NCBI GenBank assembly: GCA_032718475.1
Contig: JAUCBJ010007542.1
Span: forward strand, 51,096 to 115,095
Direction of reading: 5' to 3'
Length of the DNA stretch: 64,000 nucleotides
Origin: Nemertoderma westbladi
Taxonomy: Eukaryota > Animalia > Xenacoelomorpha
In this document: one piece after another, positions 47,048 to 59,233 of the stretch
How positions within the stretch are numbered: the stretch's first letter is position 1
Layout of the letters: each line of letters starts with the position of its first letter
The notes under the pieces: model-generated
What the model was told of the DNA's origin: nothing
The model's input: only the letters and a program-made list of their open reading frames with translations
Databases searched by the model: none
Made by a program: the position numbers and the translations under genes

Positions 47048-48231
47048 ACCTTTTGGTCCTGTAATAATGCCAATAAATTGTCAACATGACACAGCGTTAA
47101 ATCCGACAAAGTTATTAGCATGTCAAATCGTAACGAAGACTACGTCGCGGCGTCAACAACTATTTGTCATTATTGTCCCACCCCTAACATTGTCAGTTCA
47201 CAAAGGCTCCGGCAACGTCGTGGTTCACCCCACAAAGTGGGAGCTGTATAATCTTAGCACAGTACAGCCGACTCGCTGTAATATTTACCTGTACTGTACG
47301 TACAGGTCTATAAACATGGATAAATAGGCCAGGTACAGTACCATGAGATTTAGCCATAGTGCTGTAGTGCTGCAGTGCACTGACTACTGCTTCCTGAATT
47401 ATGGGCAAATACGTCTCACATACGGTAGCCTACGGTAGGCTATGGGAACTATTTAAAATACGTACACATACGGCAAAAAGACAAACCCCTAGGCCAGGGA
47501 TTACGCACAAAGTCTGACGACTTATTTCCAGTGCGGTCCCCCCAGAACTTTACTCCCCAGAGGAAACTCCAGTACTCATTTAGCGACCACTTAAGGATGC
47601 AAGGCAGAGATGCACCCTGGCCTATAACAGCATAAATCAGTATAAAAATGTGGTGTTGCGGCAATATCAGACAGTCAGGACGCGTTGCAGTGAGTAGCGA
47701 GTCTGCACGTGCGGTACTGTGGTGTCAACGTATAATAGATTAGCAATCTGTATCTTTCTAGCCACTGGTGTTTCTGGGCACAGAGTCAGGAAGTGTATAA
47801 AGACTCACACTGAGAGCTTCAAGAATACTCTTGCCTCAAGTAGTCCACAAAGCATGAATCACGCCGTAGAACGTATGGAACATGCAAGAACTCCCAATCA
47901 GGGGCCAGTTACCATGCCATCAACCCGTAACCAATGGATCCGTTAATTCAGGCTATGGGGTGACGTAGGAGGGAAAGTATACTGATTGGACGGTGACTAA
48001 CAAAGAAGTACGTAATCAAAGGGAATAGTATCCAATGACTGGTGATTTCGTAATCTGAGCATCTGATTTTCTGTGGGAATGTACGGGAAAGTGTTATACT
48101 TAGAATAAACGATGGAGAGTGTAAGTTTACATCAGTTCATAAAATATAAAGTTCTTAATAGTTTTTAAAGGGTTTAGAGTGACCAGCGCATTGTGTAAAA
48201 TGGGGACATTTTTGACGCAAAAGCTTTAACA
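47048..48231 (-). mobile_element. Probable 5' LTR of BEL2 (~1.2 kb)
   Basis: Starts TGTTAAAGCTTTTGCG...TTTTACACAATGCGCTG..ACTCTAAA like the 6753 end. Near 47048-47110 it resembles 5722-5775 (ACCTTTT..TGCCAAT..TGTC..TAAATC). It lies upstream of the BEL2 leader in the same orientation. Confidence 0.65.
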
Positions 48232-48249
48232 GTGAGGCCACGAGGATCG

Positions 48250-48704
48250 ATAAAGCCACGAGGATCAAACACTGTAAAGTACTTTGCAACAAGTATGTAT
48301 GTAGTTTTAATCCAAAAGTTTAACATTACGAAATGATTGTACATATATTATAAGTGATAGAAACTGCACAAATTAAATTAGTTGCTGTATAAATAAATGT
48401 AAAAATGACATAAATTATGTTATAAATAAGTTAGCTTATATTTATGGTGGCATTTGGAGCCATGTTAATAATATAGCTACTGGTTATTAATAGCTATACC
48501 CCGCCTACCGGGAGGTAATGCAGTAGGCCTATCTGGCTGTCAGGCAAATTTCCACCTATTGTTTACGTGGTAACCAATGAAGGCGTTAAGTAATGTCCAC
48601 TAAGGGGAAATTACTTAACTGATAACACCAAATACAATACGAAATGTACAAGCCAATACAATGCTGTAATGTCCTCAAAAGTTGTAAAATGCTAAATAAC
48701 AACT
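48250..48704. repeat. Unclassified dispersed repeat; inverted copy at ~52176-52577
   Basis: TAAAGCCACGAGGATC...TTTGCAACAAGTATGTATGTAG is reverse-complemented near 52520-52577. Confidence 0.8.
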
Positions 48705-48827
48705 AACGGATGAAGTGGTAGGCATTCACCAGCGGCAGCATAGTGTAAAGATGATAGAAAAAAGAAAGTATTGAGGGTCTTTAGCTGGTTATATTATATT
48801 AGATAAAGATACAATAGTAAACCTACA

Positions 48828-48867
48828 ATAGTAAACGTTTTCGACCTACCGGTCTGCATCAGACTAT
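48828..48867 (-). ncRNA. Minimal hammerhead-ribozyme-like motif of Penelope pLTR type (variant core)
   Basis: ATAGT-CTGATGCA-GACC(ggta)GGTC-GAA-AACGTT-T-ACTAT: stem I, stem II and palindromic stem III. The core deviates from CUGANGA. Confidence 0.55.
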
Positions 48868-51440
48868 GTACTGGCAACTAACAGGAAAATGTGGGGGTCT
48901 ATATATATATATAGATGTTGCGCTTAACAAATACGCCATGTCGAAATACGTATATTGGCGCTTTTGCGACCTGTTTATATAAGATGAGGGCGTTCTGTGG
49001 GATATAATGGCGTTTGGTAGGCATGTCATCTTAACGCCACAATGGCGATAATGCTACTTAAGACCAAAAAATTCATCATAAGTGGCGTTTGATTATCAGT
49101 TTATTTTCAAGCGTTCCTAGCACCAATTATTAACATATTATTAATCATCCCATCATCTCTTGTATTTCATGCAACGAAAAAAGCATATGTTCCTAGGGAA
49201 CGATTTATAATTCTTTTTGACAGCACCCTGGCTAGCAATAAAAAATAAACCATTTTTAATATAAACAATTAAAATGAGCATAATATTAATTAAAGCTATA
49301 AACTCATGGGGTGACTATTAATGGCATTTATTGTGGTATATAGGCCTAAGTAAAAACACGGGACCTACAGTAAATTATCAGCAATTTACGATTTATGTTC
49401 GCATAAGAAGCCTAAGAAGTTCGCTAGGTTCACCAAAGTCAGGTTTCTTAGGATCTAATTTAGACTTTTTATCCTGCAGGCTGCATCGCATGTACCAGTT
49501 ATACCAAACAGCCAATATACAAAAATTAAATACACAAGCGTGATTGGCGCAAGTTTGTGGTGCTGCTTCCCAGTGGATAGTTACTGCCCACAACTCTATT
49601 CGTTTCGTAGGCCGTTCCTTCCCCCTTTGAGGCTTCACTCTTATTGTCATCTCTTGGGCTCCCTCTTGAGAATGCCTTCATTTGTGATGCGAAACAGGAC
49701 GAGCGCAACCAGTCTAGTGATGGAGACGAGTTTATTCACGAAATTGGCAAATTGTTGACCTATTAATTGTTGGCACACTGTAAACATTTTACAACTAAAG
49801 TGGCGTTTCAATTCAAATTCCCATATAAAACAAATTAATAATAAGCAGAATAATTCTGCGGGTAATATTTAGGAATGTCCAGTCCAGTGTACTGTAATTT
49901 GTTTCGAAGGCCACATTATTTACATAAACTGAACCATAACATACATGGACCTTCAAAATCATAGGCAAAACCATACCGGTATCACCTGCACTGTGACCTT
50001 AAGAGATCTAAAGACTTACCCGAATCATCATAACCATATCGTCCCTTTCATTTTGAAACCACCTATATGCCATTTTTGCCGAAATGGTGATTTCTGCATT
50101 TCTTTATGTTAAAATGTATTCTGAAGCCGATTAACACACTTAGAAGGCCATACTCCCACGTATAACTGAGATATTTAACTTTTCAAAACCACCTATGTGC
50201 CAGTTTTGCATAGACCGCATGATAAAGAAATTTACGAAACGTTGATTTAAAATTGGAAACAACGAATCAGGAGCTAGAATTGTTGTTTATTATGATAGAG
50301 GGAGATTTGTTTTATATTTTTAAAACTTAATGATCGAATTTGTCTTAAGGGTTTTAATACTTTTTGAGTAATCATTGTGAAAAATGAAATATTTTTTTCG
50401 AAACAACCTATATCCCTATACATAGTTTCCTATCTAATATGTTACATAATTCCAATACCATAACTGTTTTTTGTTTAAAATCGTTACATTTAATGGATTC
50501 AAAAGTAAATAAGACCAAAATCCGGGAATATTACTTTCAAACAAAATTAGAATCGAAAATGCCGTTTTACAGGAAAATAGATTTAGGTTGTTTGAAAATG
50601 AAAGGGACGATATCTTGAAACAGAACCCTAACATGAAACCATAACACCAAAAAACGCAAAACTTAACCATACCCTTACTCTGGGCGTACTGAAGCCATTT
50701 TACATATAACCTGGCGATATGTAGACTTTTAATAACCACATTGGCAAATTGTTTACATATTTAGCATCTGGCGCATGCCGAATATTTTATAACAAAATTG
50801 GTGTTTCATTACATGTTCGTAAATATTACAAATTGAGACAAGTTTTTTGATGTTCGTGTGCCAGAATATACTTAGTAGAAATGCGGTGAAGAGCTCATAT
50901 TATATAATAATATAATATACATTATATATAATTATACAATATATTATGAAGAGCTGAAGAGATCATATTGGCTATCGACAATTTTTGTCGAATTAAAACA
51001 ATTTTACGTAGATACTGGCGTTATGTAGTCTTTTATTCACGAAATTGGCATATTTATAGTTGGCACATTGTAAACATTTTACATCTAAATTGGCGTTTCA
51101 ATTCAAATTCCCATATAAAACAAATTGATAAGACATGTTATTTTTTATATGTCAGAAACCAAAAAATTAACTGAGCAGAATTCTGCGGGTAATATTTAGG
51201 AATGTCAAGCGTACATTAATTTGTTTGGAAAGCATCTGAACCAATAGCCAAACCTTAATCTGAACCATAATATGGACCATAACAAAACCATACCGGTATC
51301 ATTACCTGCACTGTGACCTTAAGAGATCTAAAGAATTACCCGAATCATAATCATATCTTGAAACAGAACCCTTACATGAAACCATAACAACGATAACGCA
51401 AAACTGAACCACACTTACTCTGGGCGTATTAAAACCATTT

Positions 51441-52672
51441 TATTCTTAAAATGTTACTTTTTCGCTCGAATTTAGTCCAACATCGGGAGAAAAAGTTTCA
51501 CTTTTTTTCCCTAGGGAAAAAAGTTACCCATAGGAAAAAAGTAAATTAAAATATTTTTGGCGGAATTTCTTAAATCTTATTACATATATTGAAAGATCAT
51601 CGACGTAGAAAAGGTTTGCAAGTAATTTGAGCAAAATCCATTCACTCACTCACTCAAAAGTTATTGCCACTTTAGTGTCTGTGCGGCGTATCTCCAAAAC
51701 GGAACTCAATATCCAATATGGGTTTAGGTAATTAAGCGGCTCTCTAGTTACGTAATAAATATTCGAGAACACTAAATTATTTAACATTGAGTAAGGCAAC
51801 ATCGAGAGTTGAAGAGTACAGTAATTTGAATCGCAGTAACTATGGAAGCAATATAGTAAAATACTGCATTTCAATTTATTTTGTAACACTACTGTAGGCT
51901 ACTACAGTAATACTGTACATAGAATATTGCTATGTTTTATTAAAGAATTTAGCAACAAAAAAGTACCAATTTAAGAATAAAATTACGTATTACATGGGAA
52001 TAAAAAGGTAGAACATTTTTTTTCAATATTCTCTCCACCCTTTATTAACCTCGCTGATGCTCGGTAAATAAAATGCCTCGAGAATAATGAAAAAAGTTCT
52101 ACTTTTTTCCCAAGTCATAAATAATTATTATTCCAAAACTGTAACATTACTCAACGCCGTTAGTATTACCATCGAGTTGTTATTTAGCACTTTACAACTT
52201 TAGAGGACATTACAGCATTGTATTGGCCTGTACATTTAGTATTGTATTTGGTGTTATTGTTTACGTGGTAACCCATGACGGCGTTAAGTAATGTCCACTA
52301 AGGGGACATTACGGGGTATATCTATTGATAACCAGGAGGGCCAAGCTATATTATTATAACATGGCTCCAAACGCCACCAGAAATATAAGCTAACTTATTT
52401 ATAACATAATTTATGTCATTTTTACATTTATTTATACAGCAAATAATATAATTTGTGCAGTTTCTATCACTTATACTGTATATGTACAATCATTTCGTAA
52501 TGTTAAAATTTTGGAATAAAACTACATACATACTTGTTGCAAAGTACAGTTACAGTGTTCTGATCCTCGTGGCTTTATTTCCACTCACTCACTAACGTTC
52601 GTTCGTGTAAGAAAGCCACTCGGATCATTACACTGTAAAGTGCTACTTTACACACAAGCATGTAAATAGTTA
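51441..52672. mobile_element. Unclassified insertion within one internal module
   Basis: Interrupts CCATTTTA|CATAT..CCTGGCGATATG, which is contiguous at ~50695 and ~54288. Confidence 0.6.
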
Positions 52673-53455
52673 TTACATACTGTATACCCTGGCGATATGT
52701 AGACTTTTAATAGCCACATTGGCAAATTGTTTACATATTTAGCATCTGGCGCATGCCGAACATTTTATAACAAAATTGGCGTTTCATTACATGTTCGTAA
52801 ATATTACAAATTTAGACAAGTTTTTTGTTGTTTGTGTGCTAGAATATACTTAGTAGAAATGCAATGAACAGAGAAGCCGGCAAAGAAATGCCCTTGTCCC
52901 ATGTAAATTGTTGAGAAAACCCCCATCATTAAAATTGTCTGACCGCAAAACACGAACCTTTATCCTAACCTTAACACGAACCACATTAAAACCTTGTCAT
53001 TATTACTTGTAGGGCGTACCTAGACATTCAACAGTCCGTCATACCATACAGCCATACCAATACTTCAATGCAGAAACGTGATTGGAGCAAGTTTTCGGTG
53101 CTGCTTCCCAGTGGATGTTTACTGGTCACACATCTTTTCGTATCATGCAAAGCGGAACCATTTCCCCAAGACAAAATACGGCAATCAACCATGTCGTATC
53201 CAGAACCTAAACAGAACCACACAATAAGAACATATTGGCTATCGACAATTTTTGTCGAATTAAAACCATTTTACGTAGATACTGGCGTTATGTAGTCTTT
53301 TATTCACAAAATTGGCAAATTGTTCACATTGGCATATTTATAGTTGGCACATAGTAAACATTTTACATCTAAATTGGCGTTTCAATTCAAATTCCCATAT
53401 AAAACAATTTTTTTATTTTTACACAATTTTTTATATTTTGAATGATATTTTTACA

Positions 53456-53975
53456 CTTTAATGTTGATGGAAACTTGACAACCATTGATAATAATCAACT
53501 AAGGAAGGTCGACGACTTCCAGTACCTTGGATCATGGATAGAGAGTAGCAAAAAGGACATAGAAGTTAGGAAAGCAAAGGCTTGGGTAGCTCCCAAATCA
53601 CTTGAACAACAAATTGATGGTTGCTACACAAGACTACCAAGGACATCGCTAAACATCAGCTGGAGACAACACATGACAAACGCCGAGCTTTATGGTACAA
53701 TACCACCTGTATCAACCACCCTCCGTGAACGCAGATTAAGATTCAGCGGGCACTGCTGGCGAAGTAAAGACGAGGTGATACCAGATCTACTTTTCTGACA
53801 ACCAACTCATGGAAAGCGTAGTCGTGGACGACCGGCCATAACATATATAGCTCAACTTGAAAGGGATACTAAACTTGGGAGAAACTAAATTCGACAACTA
53901 TGGAGAATCGGGAAGCCTGGAAGGATCTCATTTCCACTGTCCGAGTTCGCTCGACCTTGTAGTAGTAGTAGTAGT
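53456..53975 (+). mobile_element. Short 3' RTE copy of the same family as 16875-18545, with an internal deletion
   Basis: Near-identical to 17917-18545 except for a ~115-bp deletion after GGGTAGCTC; (TAG)n tail. Confidence 0.92.
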
Positions 53976-55479
53976 ATATTTTATATGTCAGAAACCAAAA
54001 AATTCACTGAGCAGAATTATGCGGGTAATATTTAGGAATGCCCAGCGTACAGTAATTTGTTTAGAACGCCACATCATTTACATAATCTGAACCAATACCC
54101 AAACCTTAATCTGAACCATAACATGGACAATAACAAAACCATACCGGTATCATTACCTGCACTGTGATCTTGAGAGATCTAAAGACTTACCCGAATCATA
54201 ATCATATCTTGAAAAAGAACCCTTACCTGAAACCATAACAACGATAACGCAAAACTGAACCATACCCTTACTCTGGGGGTATTGAAACCATTTTACATAT
54301 AACCTGGCGATATGTAGACTTTCAATAACCTCATTGGCAAATTGTTTACATATTTAGCATCTGGCGCATGCCGAACATTTTATAACAAAATTGGCGTTTC
54401 ATTACCCCCATCATTAAAATTGCCTGACCGCATAACCCCAACCTTTATCCTAACCTTAACATGAACTACATTAAAACCTTGTCATTATTACTTGTAGGGC
54501 GTACCTAGACATTCAACAGTCCGTCATACCATACAGCCATACCAATACTTCAATGCAGAAACGTGATTGGCGCAAGTTTTCGGTGCTGCTTCTCAGTGGA
54601 TGTTTACTGGTCACACATATTTTCGTTTCATCAGCCGTTCCTTCCCCCTCTGGGGCTCCACTCCATTGTAATTACAAATCACATTCTATGAATTCAATAG
54701 CTAAATTTGCAGTGAAAACATTGTCAAAGGGAGTGAAAATAATGTAGTTGATTGTTTAACGCCATTTCTATGGAAGGAGTTAAAATAATGTTCTATTTTT
54801 AAATAAAATTTATTGGTTTTACAGTATTATATTATTAGCTTCACAATTTTTTTATTTATGGCGCATTTCCTACTAATCCCTTATTAGAAAATTCATTTTA
54901 ATCATAATTTGTTAATTCGTCATTTTTTATATTTATTGCGCATTGTTAACTGCGATCTGAACCAATATCATATATAAGAAAGGCGTATTTGATACATTAT
55001 ATCTATATATATATATAAGTTTTAAAGGGGAATACCTGATAGGTGAATCCCAGAAAGGTTAACGTGTATGTATGTACTGTATAACGTAAGGTAATTGTGA
55101 TAGGGAAAATACACCGAGTTAGTTGTAAGCTGTCAATCTAAAGTACAAATATAGGGTTGCAGGTTGGGTTATAAGGTTGGGAGAAGTTGATAGGGAAATC
55201 CCAGGAGTGGTCATGTGTCTACATACTGAATGGTATAATTGGATTAGGTAGGTTACATAGGATTATGAGGTATCTACTTAAAGCGCATGGTTAGGTAGAA
55301 TGCAACATAATGATAGCTGTAATTTTTCCAGAGTAAGAAATCACAAGAAACAGAAAAACCAAGACAAAAACAAAAGGGAGGTAGGGGAAAAGTACATAAA
55401 AACCCCGGAAATTCGCTATAGAGGGCACTGTAGTTGTGTAAGATATAGAATATAGGTTGTATTATATAAAACGTTGGGT

Positions 55480-56720
55480 TTAGATTGCTGGTCTTGCTAC
55501 GTTAAGTGGGGGGTTGTATGTATAGATCAGGTTAGCTTCCGTCGCTAGTAGTTCGGGTATGTTTGTGAATTGTTTTATGGCTGCGGTGCGTAGATTTTCT
55601 AAACCACAACCGTATATGTGTCTAGCTAGGAGTATGTCTTCGTGTGTTTTTCCGTCATTGGCTCGTGAGGGGTAGTGTCGTATGTTACGGTGTCCATTAA
55701 AGCGTTCGTGAAGTTTCTGTCTCGTTTGGCCTATGTAGTATAGAGTAGGGTGGCAGTGGCAGTGGCACCAGGCCAATTAACATACAGTGTGGGACTTACA
55801 TGTATAGTGTCCTTTTATCTTTTCACCCCATGGTGTCTGTTGTATGTTAGTGATAGTTTTGCATGTAAGGCAGCGGCTAGAGTTACATGGCTCATTAGTG
55901 GTGTTATTTGTGTGTGTTTGCGATTGAGTTTTATTTTTGGTTAGTATTTGTCCTAGTGATGTGGGGTTCTTCGTGACTACATTAATGCCGATGTCAAGAT
56001 CGTAGTTTTTGGAGTATCTACGTACAGTATTTTGGAACATGCCCTTCATCTGTTGGTTAGTGGATAGGTAAAATGTGGGTTTCGAGTTAGTGTCTTTAGG
56101 TCTAGTTTGGGGAGTCAAATGTCTAAGTTTGTTAAGGAGGTTCTGGGGGTATACTGCCTGAGTAGACATTCGCCAAGGAATTCGTCTCTGAGTTTGGTAT
56201 AGTCGTTAGACCGCTACATCTGCGGTGGATGCGTAGGAGTTGGCTACGAATTACGGATAGTAGTAATTTCTTATCGTGGAAGCTATTGTAGTGAATCGGG
56301 AGTTTATTGCTAGTTGGTTTTTTGTATAATGTAGTTGTTAGTGTTTCGTTGTTAATCTGTGTCAAGACGTCAAGGATAGGGAGTGATGTGTGGGAGTATT
56401 CAATGGTGAATTGTATATCAGAGTTTTGGAATAAGTCGTTACAAGAGGAGTTAGTGATTTTCTGTATGTTGTGAATGTCCTGTTCACTTAATATACGTTG
56501 TACTATACCATAGCTGTCGTCAACAAACCGTTTGTAGAAAGGAATAGGGTAAGTTGTATTATCGTCTGGGGGGGTTATGTTTGGATCCGAGGTTGAGGTA
56601 GTTTCGTTAGTTATGGTTATATTAGGATCTGAGATAGATAGGATAGTTTCTGGAATAGTGATGTTGGAATCTGGAGGTGTAAGGTTAGATATTGGGGTCG
56701 TTATTATTGGATCTGAGAAA
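55480..56720 (-). pseudogene. Penelope-like element: RT C-terminal half + GIY-YIG endonuclease (5'-truncated)
   Basis: YKRFVDD, IQFTIE, LPILDV, TLYKKPT, CNSSRCLTC linker, YYIGQT..ERFNGH, E..LI...PPLN. Confidence 0.9.
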
Positions 56721-57063
56721 ACAATAGCAGTTAATTTTTAATTAAAAAGTTAATAAAAAAAATTAATGAGTTTCTTATTTAGAATTTGATTTCTATTTTA
56801 TATTTACCAATATCTCAATTTATTTATTATTTCCTGAATCGAAGTAATTATAAAAAGCAATTTAACTTAGAAACCAATAGTAACTCTAACACATGCATCT
56901 GGCCCCTGTTTTACTTAGGCGTAATTGTCAAGGGTCAACTGCTCAGGGGGACCACCGTAGGTAGGGGAAATATAATCCGTATTCATTCTTTAATGCACTA
57001 CACATCTTATCATGATAAAGGACCCCTATAATTAAAAATGTTCATTTTCAGTATACTGTTTAA

Positions 57064-58478
57064 CCCTATTAAACCCGGGGGGGGGGGGTCAATATGACCC
57101 CCCCGTGGTTTTTTTATTATAATTTTTTGAGACGTTTTTTGAAAATTACATTTCATTAAATATGAATTGTAACATCTCTATTTTTGATTTACACCGGTTT
57201 TTTGGTGTTAGAAATTGGATGGAATTCATATCAATTGATTTAGAAATTTCAAACTTGTAGTTTTCGGCGGGTGCCAAATTTTGGTGCCAGCACCAAATTT
57301 TGAAATATGTCAATTTTGTTAATTGATTGTTTGAAACTTGTTTTTTACGCAATTGGGGTTTTTTGGGGTTATGGTTTCGATGAAATATATACGAGTTGCA
57401 CCAAGCGTATCAAACTTGTATTTTTCGGTGCGGGGTGCAAATTTTGGTGTTAGCACGAAATTATGAAAATCCATTCAATAGTTAAAATTGCTTGTGCAAT
57501 TTATTTTTTGCGTTTTAGAGGTTTATGGCTGTTCTGAATTCAATGGAATATATAATTATCGAACTAGACATCTTAAACTTGTATTTTTCGGAAGTGGGTG
57601 CAAAATGTGGTGCTAGCACCAAATTTTGAAACCATCAAATATATCAATTGATTGTGTCACCTTGTTTCTTGCGTTATACGGGTTTGTGAGGGTTCTGAAT
57701 TCAATGGAATCAGTAAAAATTTCATAAGAGTTTTCAAACTTGTATTTTTCGCTGGTGGGTGAAAATTGTTGTGCCAGCACCAAATTTTGGAAAATAAGCA
57801 AATTGATCAGTAGATAGTATTATCTTGTTTCTTGCGTTATACGGGTTTATGAGGGTCCTGAATCCGATGGAATCAATAAAAACAGCACTGGACATCGCAA
57901 ACTTGTACTTTTTGGTGATGGGTACGAAATTTGGTGCTAGCACCAAAATTTGCCAAATTACGCCGAAAAATACAAGTAGCAATGATCTGGCATATTAGAA
58001 ATGTATTCCATTAGAATCAGCGCCCTAGAAAACCTGAAAATGTGAATTTATAGCATCGTATAAGTGAATTAAAATTTTTGTGTTCTAACTGAAAAGTGCT
58101 GGTTACTTGTTTTTTTAATTTTTTTCCTACACAGAGAGGACTAAACAGCCATTTATAGTAATCATATCATTTTTAAATATTTTCCAATGTATTTTGCGCC
58201 CCAGAAAACCTGTATTGAAAAACAATTAGCCGAAAAATTTAACTTTCAAATTTTGTGAAAATTGTGCACTACTTGTAATTTTGGTGCTGCAATATAACCA
58301 CCCCAGTACATTTTTTCGAAAATTTTTTCTTTGTCGGATCCAGACTAGTGATACCTACGTACAAACAAAAAATCGGACGTTTTCGTAAAAATTTGTAGAT
58401 TTTAGAGGGGTGGGGTCAATATGACCCCCCCCCCCCCCCCCGGTATTTGTAACATTTTCTAGCCCGGTACTAATAGGG
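57064..58478 (+). mobile_element. piggyBac-type MITE with TTAA TSDs and ~120-bp internal tandem repeats
   Basis: TTAA|CCCTATTA...TAATAGGG|TTAA; subterminal GGGGTCAATATGACCCC palindromes; repeated AAACTTGTA..TTT..GCACCAAA. Confidence 0.9.
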
Positions 58479-58689
58479 TTAATAGTGTCTCTTTTAATAT
58501 ACAAGTAATATGATTTATCATCAATTTATTTAATTTGTAGCTATATCTTGTTAATCTATTATCTATATTAACAAATATCAATTAATTCCTTCTATAACTT
58601 AGTTACTATATCGTCTCCTCTGTTTTCAATTTAATTCCCCCTGGCTATAAATAACCACAACCCTGAAGAAGCAGTCCTAGAGCACATAC

Positions 58690-58810
58690 AGATTTCAGAA
58701 GAGGTCGTAGGTGCAGGTATTTCATCCTTAAAAACGAATGGATCTCCTGGTATCGATGGAATAAGTAACAGAGTTATTAAATCATTATCCGGCTCTTTAA
58801 TAGTTGGTCT
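58690..58810 (+). pseudogene. LINE RT N-terminal remnant
   Basis: ISSLKTNGSPGIDGISNRVIKSL (SPGxDGI motif). Confidence 0.55.
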
Positions 58811-58844
58811 AACTACAAAACTAAACTAAACTAAACTTTCAAAC

Positions 58845-59190
58845 TAAACCAACCAGTTAATGTTTGCTTTGACAGAGAGTGGTTGCCTATACAAACAGTA
58901 TGGGTGTACTGAGTATAATAATCTTGGCAACCTCATCGATTTATTACTAAGCCTTCTGTAGAAATGCATTACATAAGCCATTTTTCATCATGACACCAGC
59001 TGTTATTGGTGTTATTTTACCATTGCGCCTATGGCGTTTTTTCGTTTATGTCTATTTTTCGAGCCCACGGCTCATGGACGAAATAGCGGAACATACCAGG
59101 GACCTTAGAATCGCGGTATCAAGCCACTGTGAAAATGTCATCAAAATCGTTAGAGTAGTTTTGGCTGTAGATCAGTCAGTCAGTCAGTCA

Positions 59191-59233
<43 letters not shown>

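Larger units (their letters stand above)
48914..55003. mobile_element. ~6 kb non-autonomous DNA-transposon-like element in a (TA)n tract, with ~3 internal tandem modules and nested inserts
   Basis: Imperfect TIRs GAT...CAAATACGCC at both ends, (TA)n flanks, and repeated modules at ~49969, 51286 and 54137. Confidence 0.6.

Noticed and set aside
55777-55779. Selenocysteine recoding in the Penelope GIY-YIG domain (Naiad-like)
   Set aside because: The in-frame stop is TAA at a probable Tyr position, not TGA.
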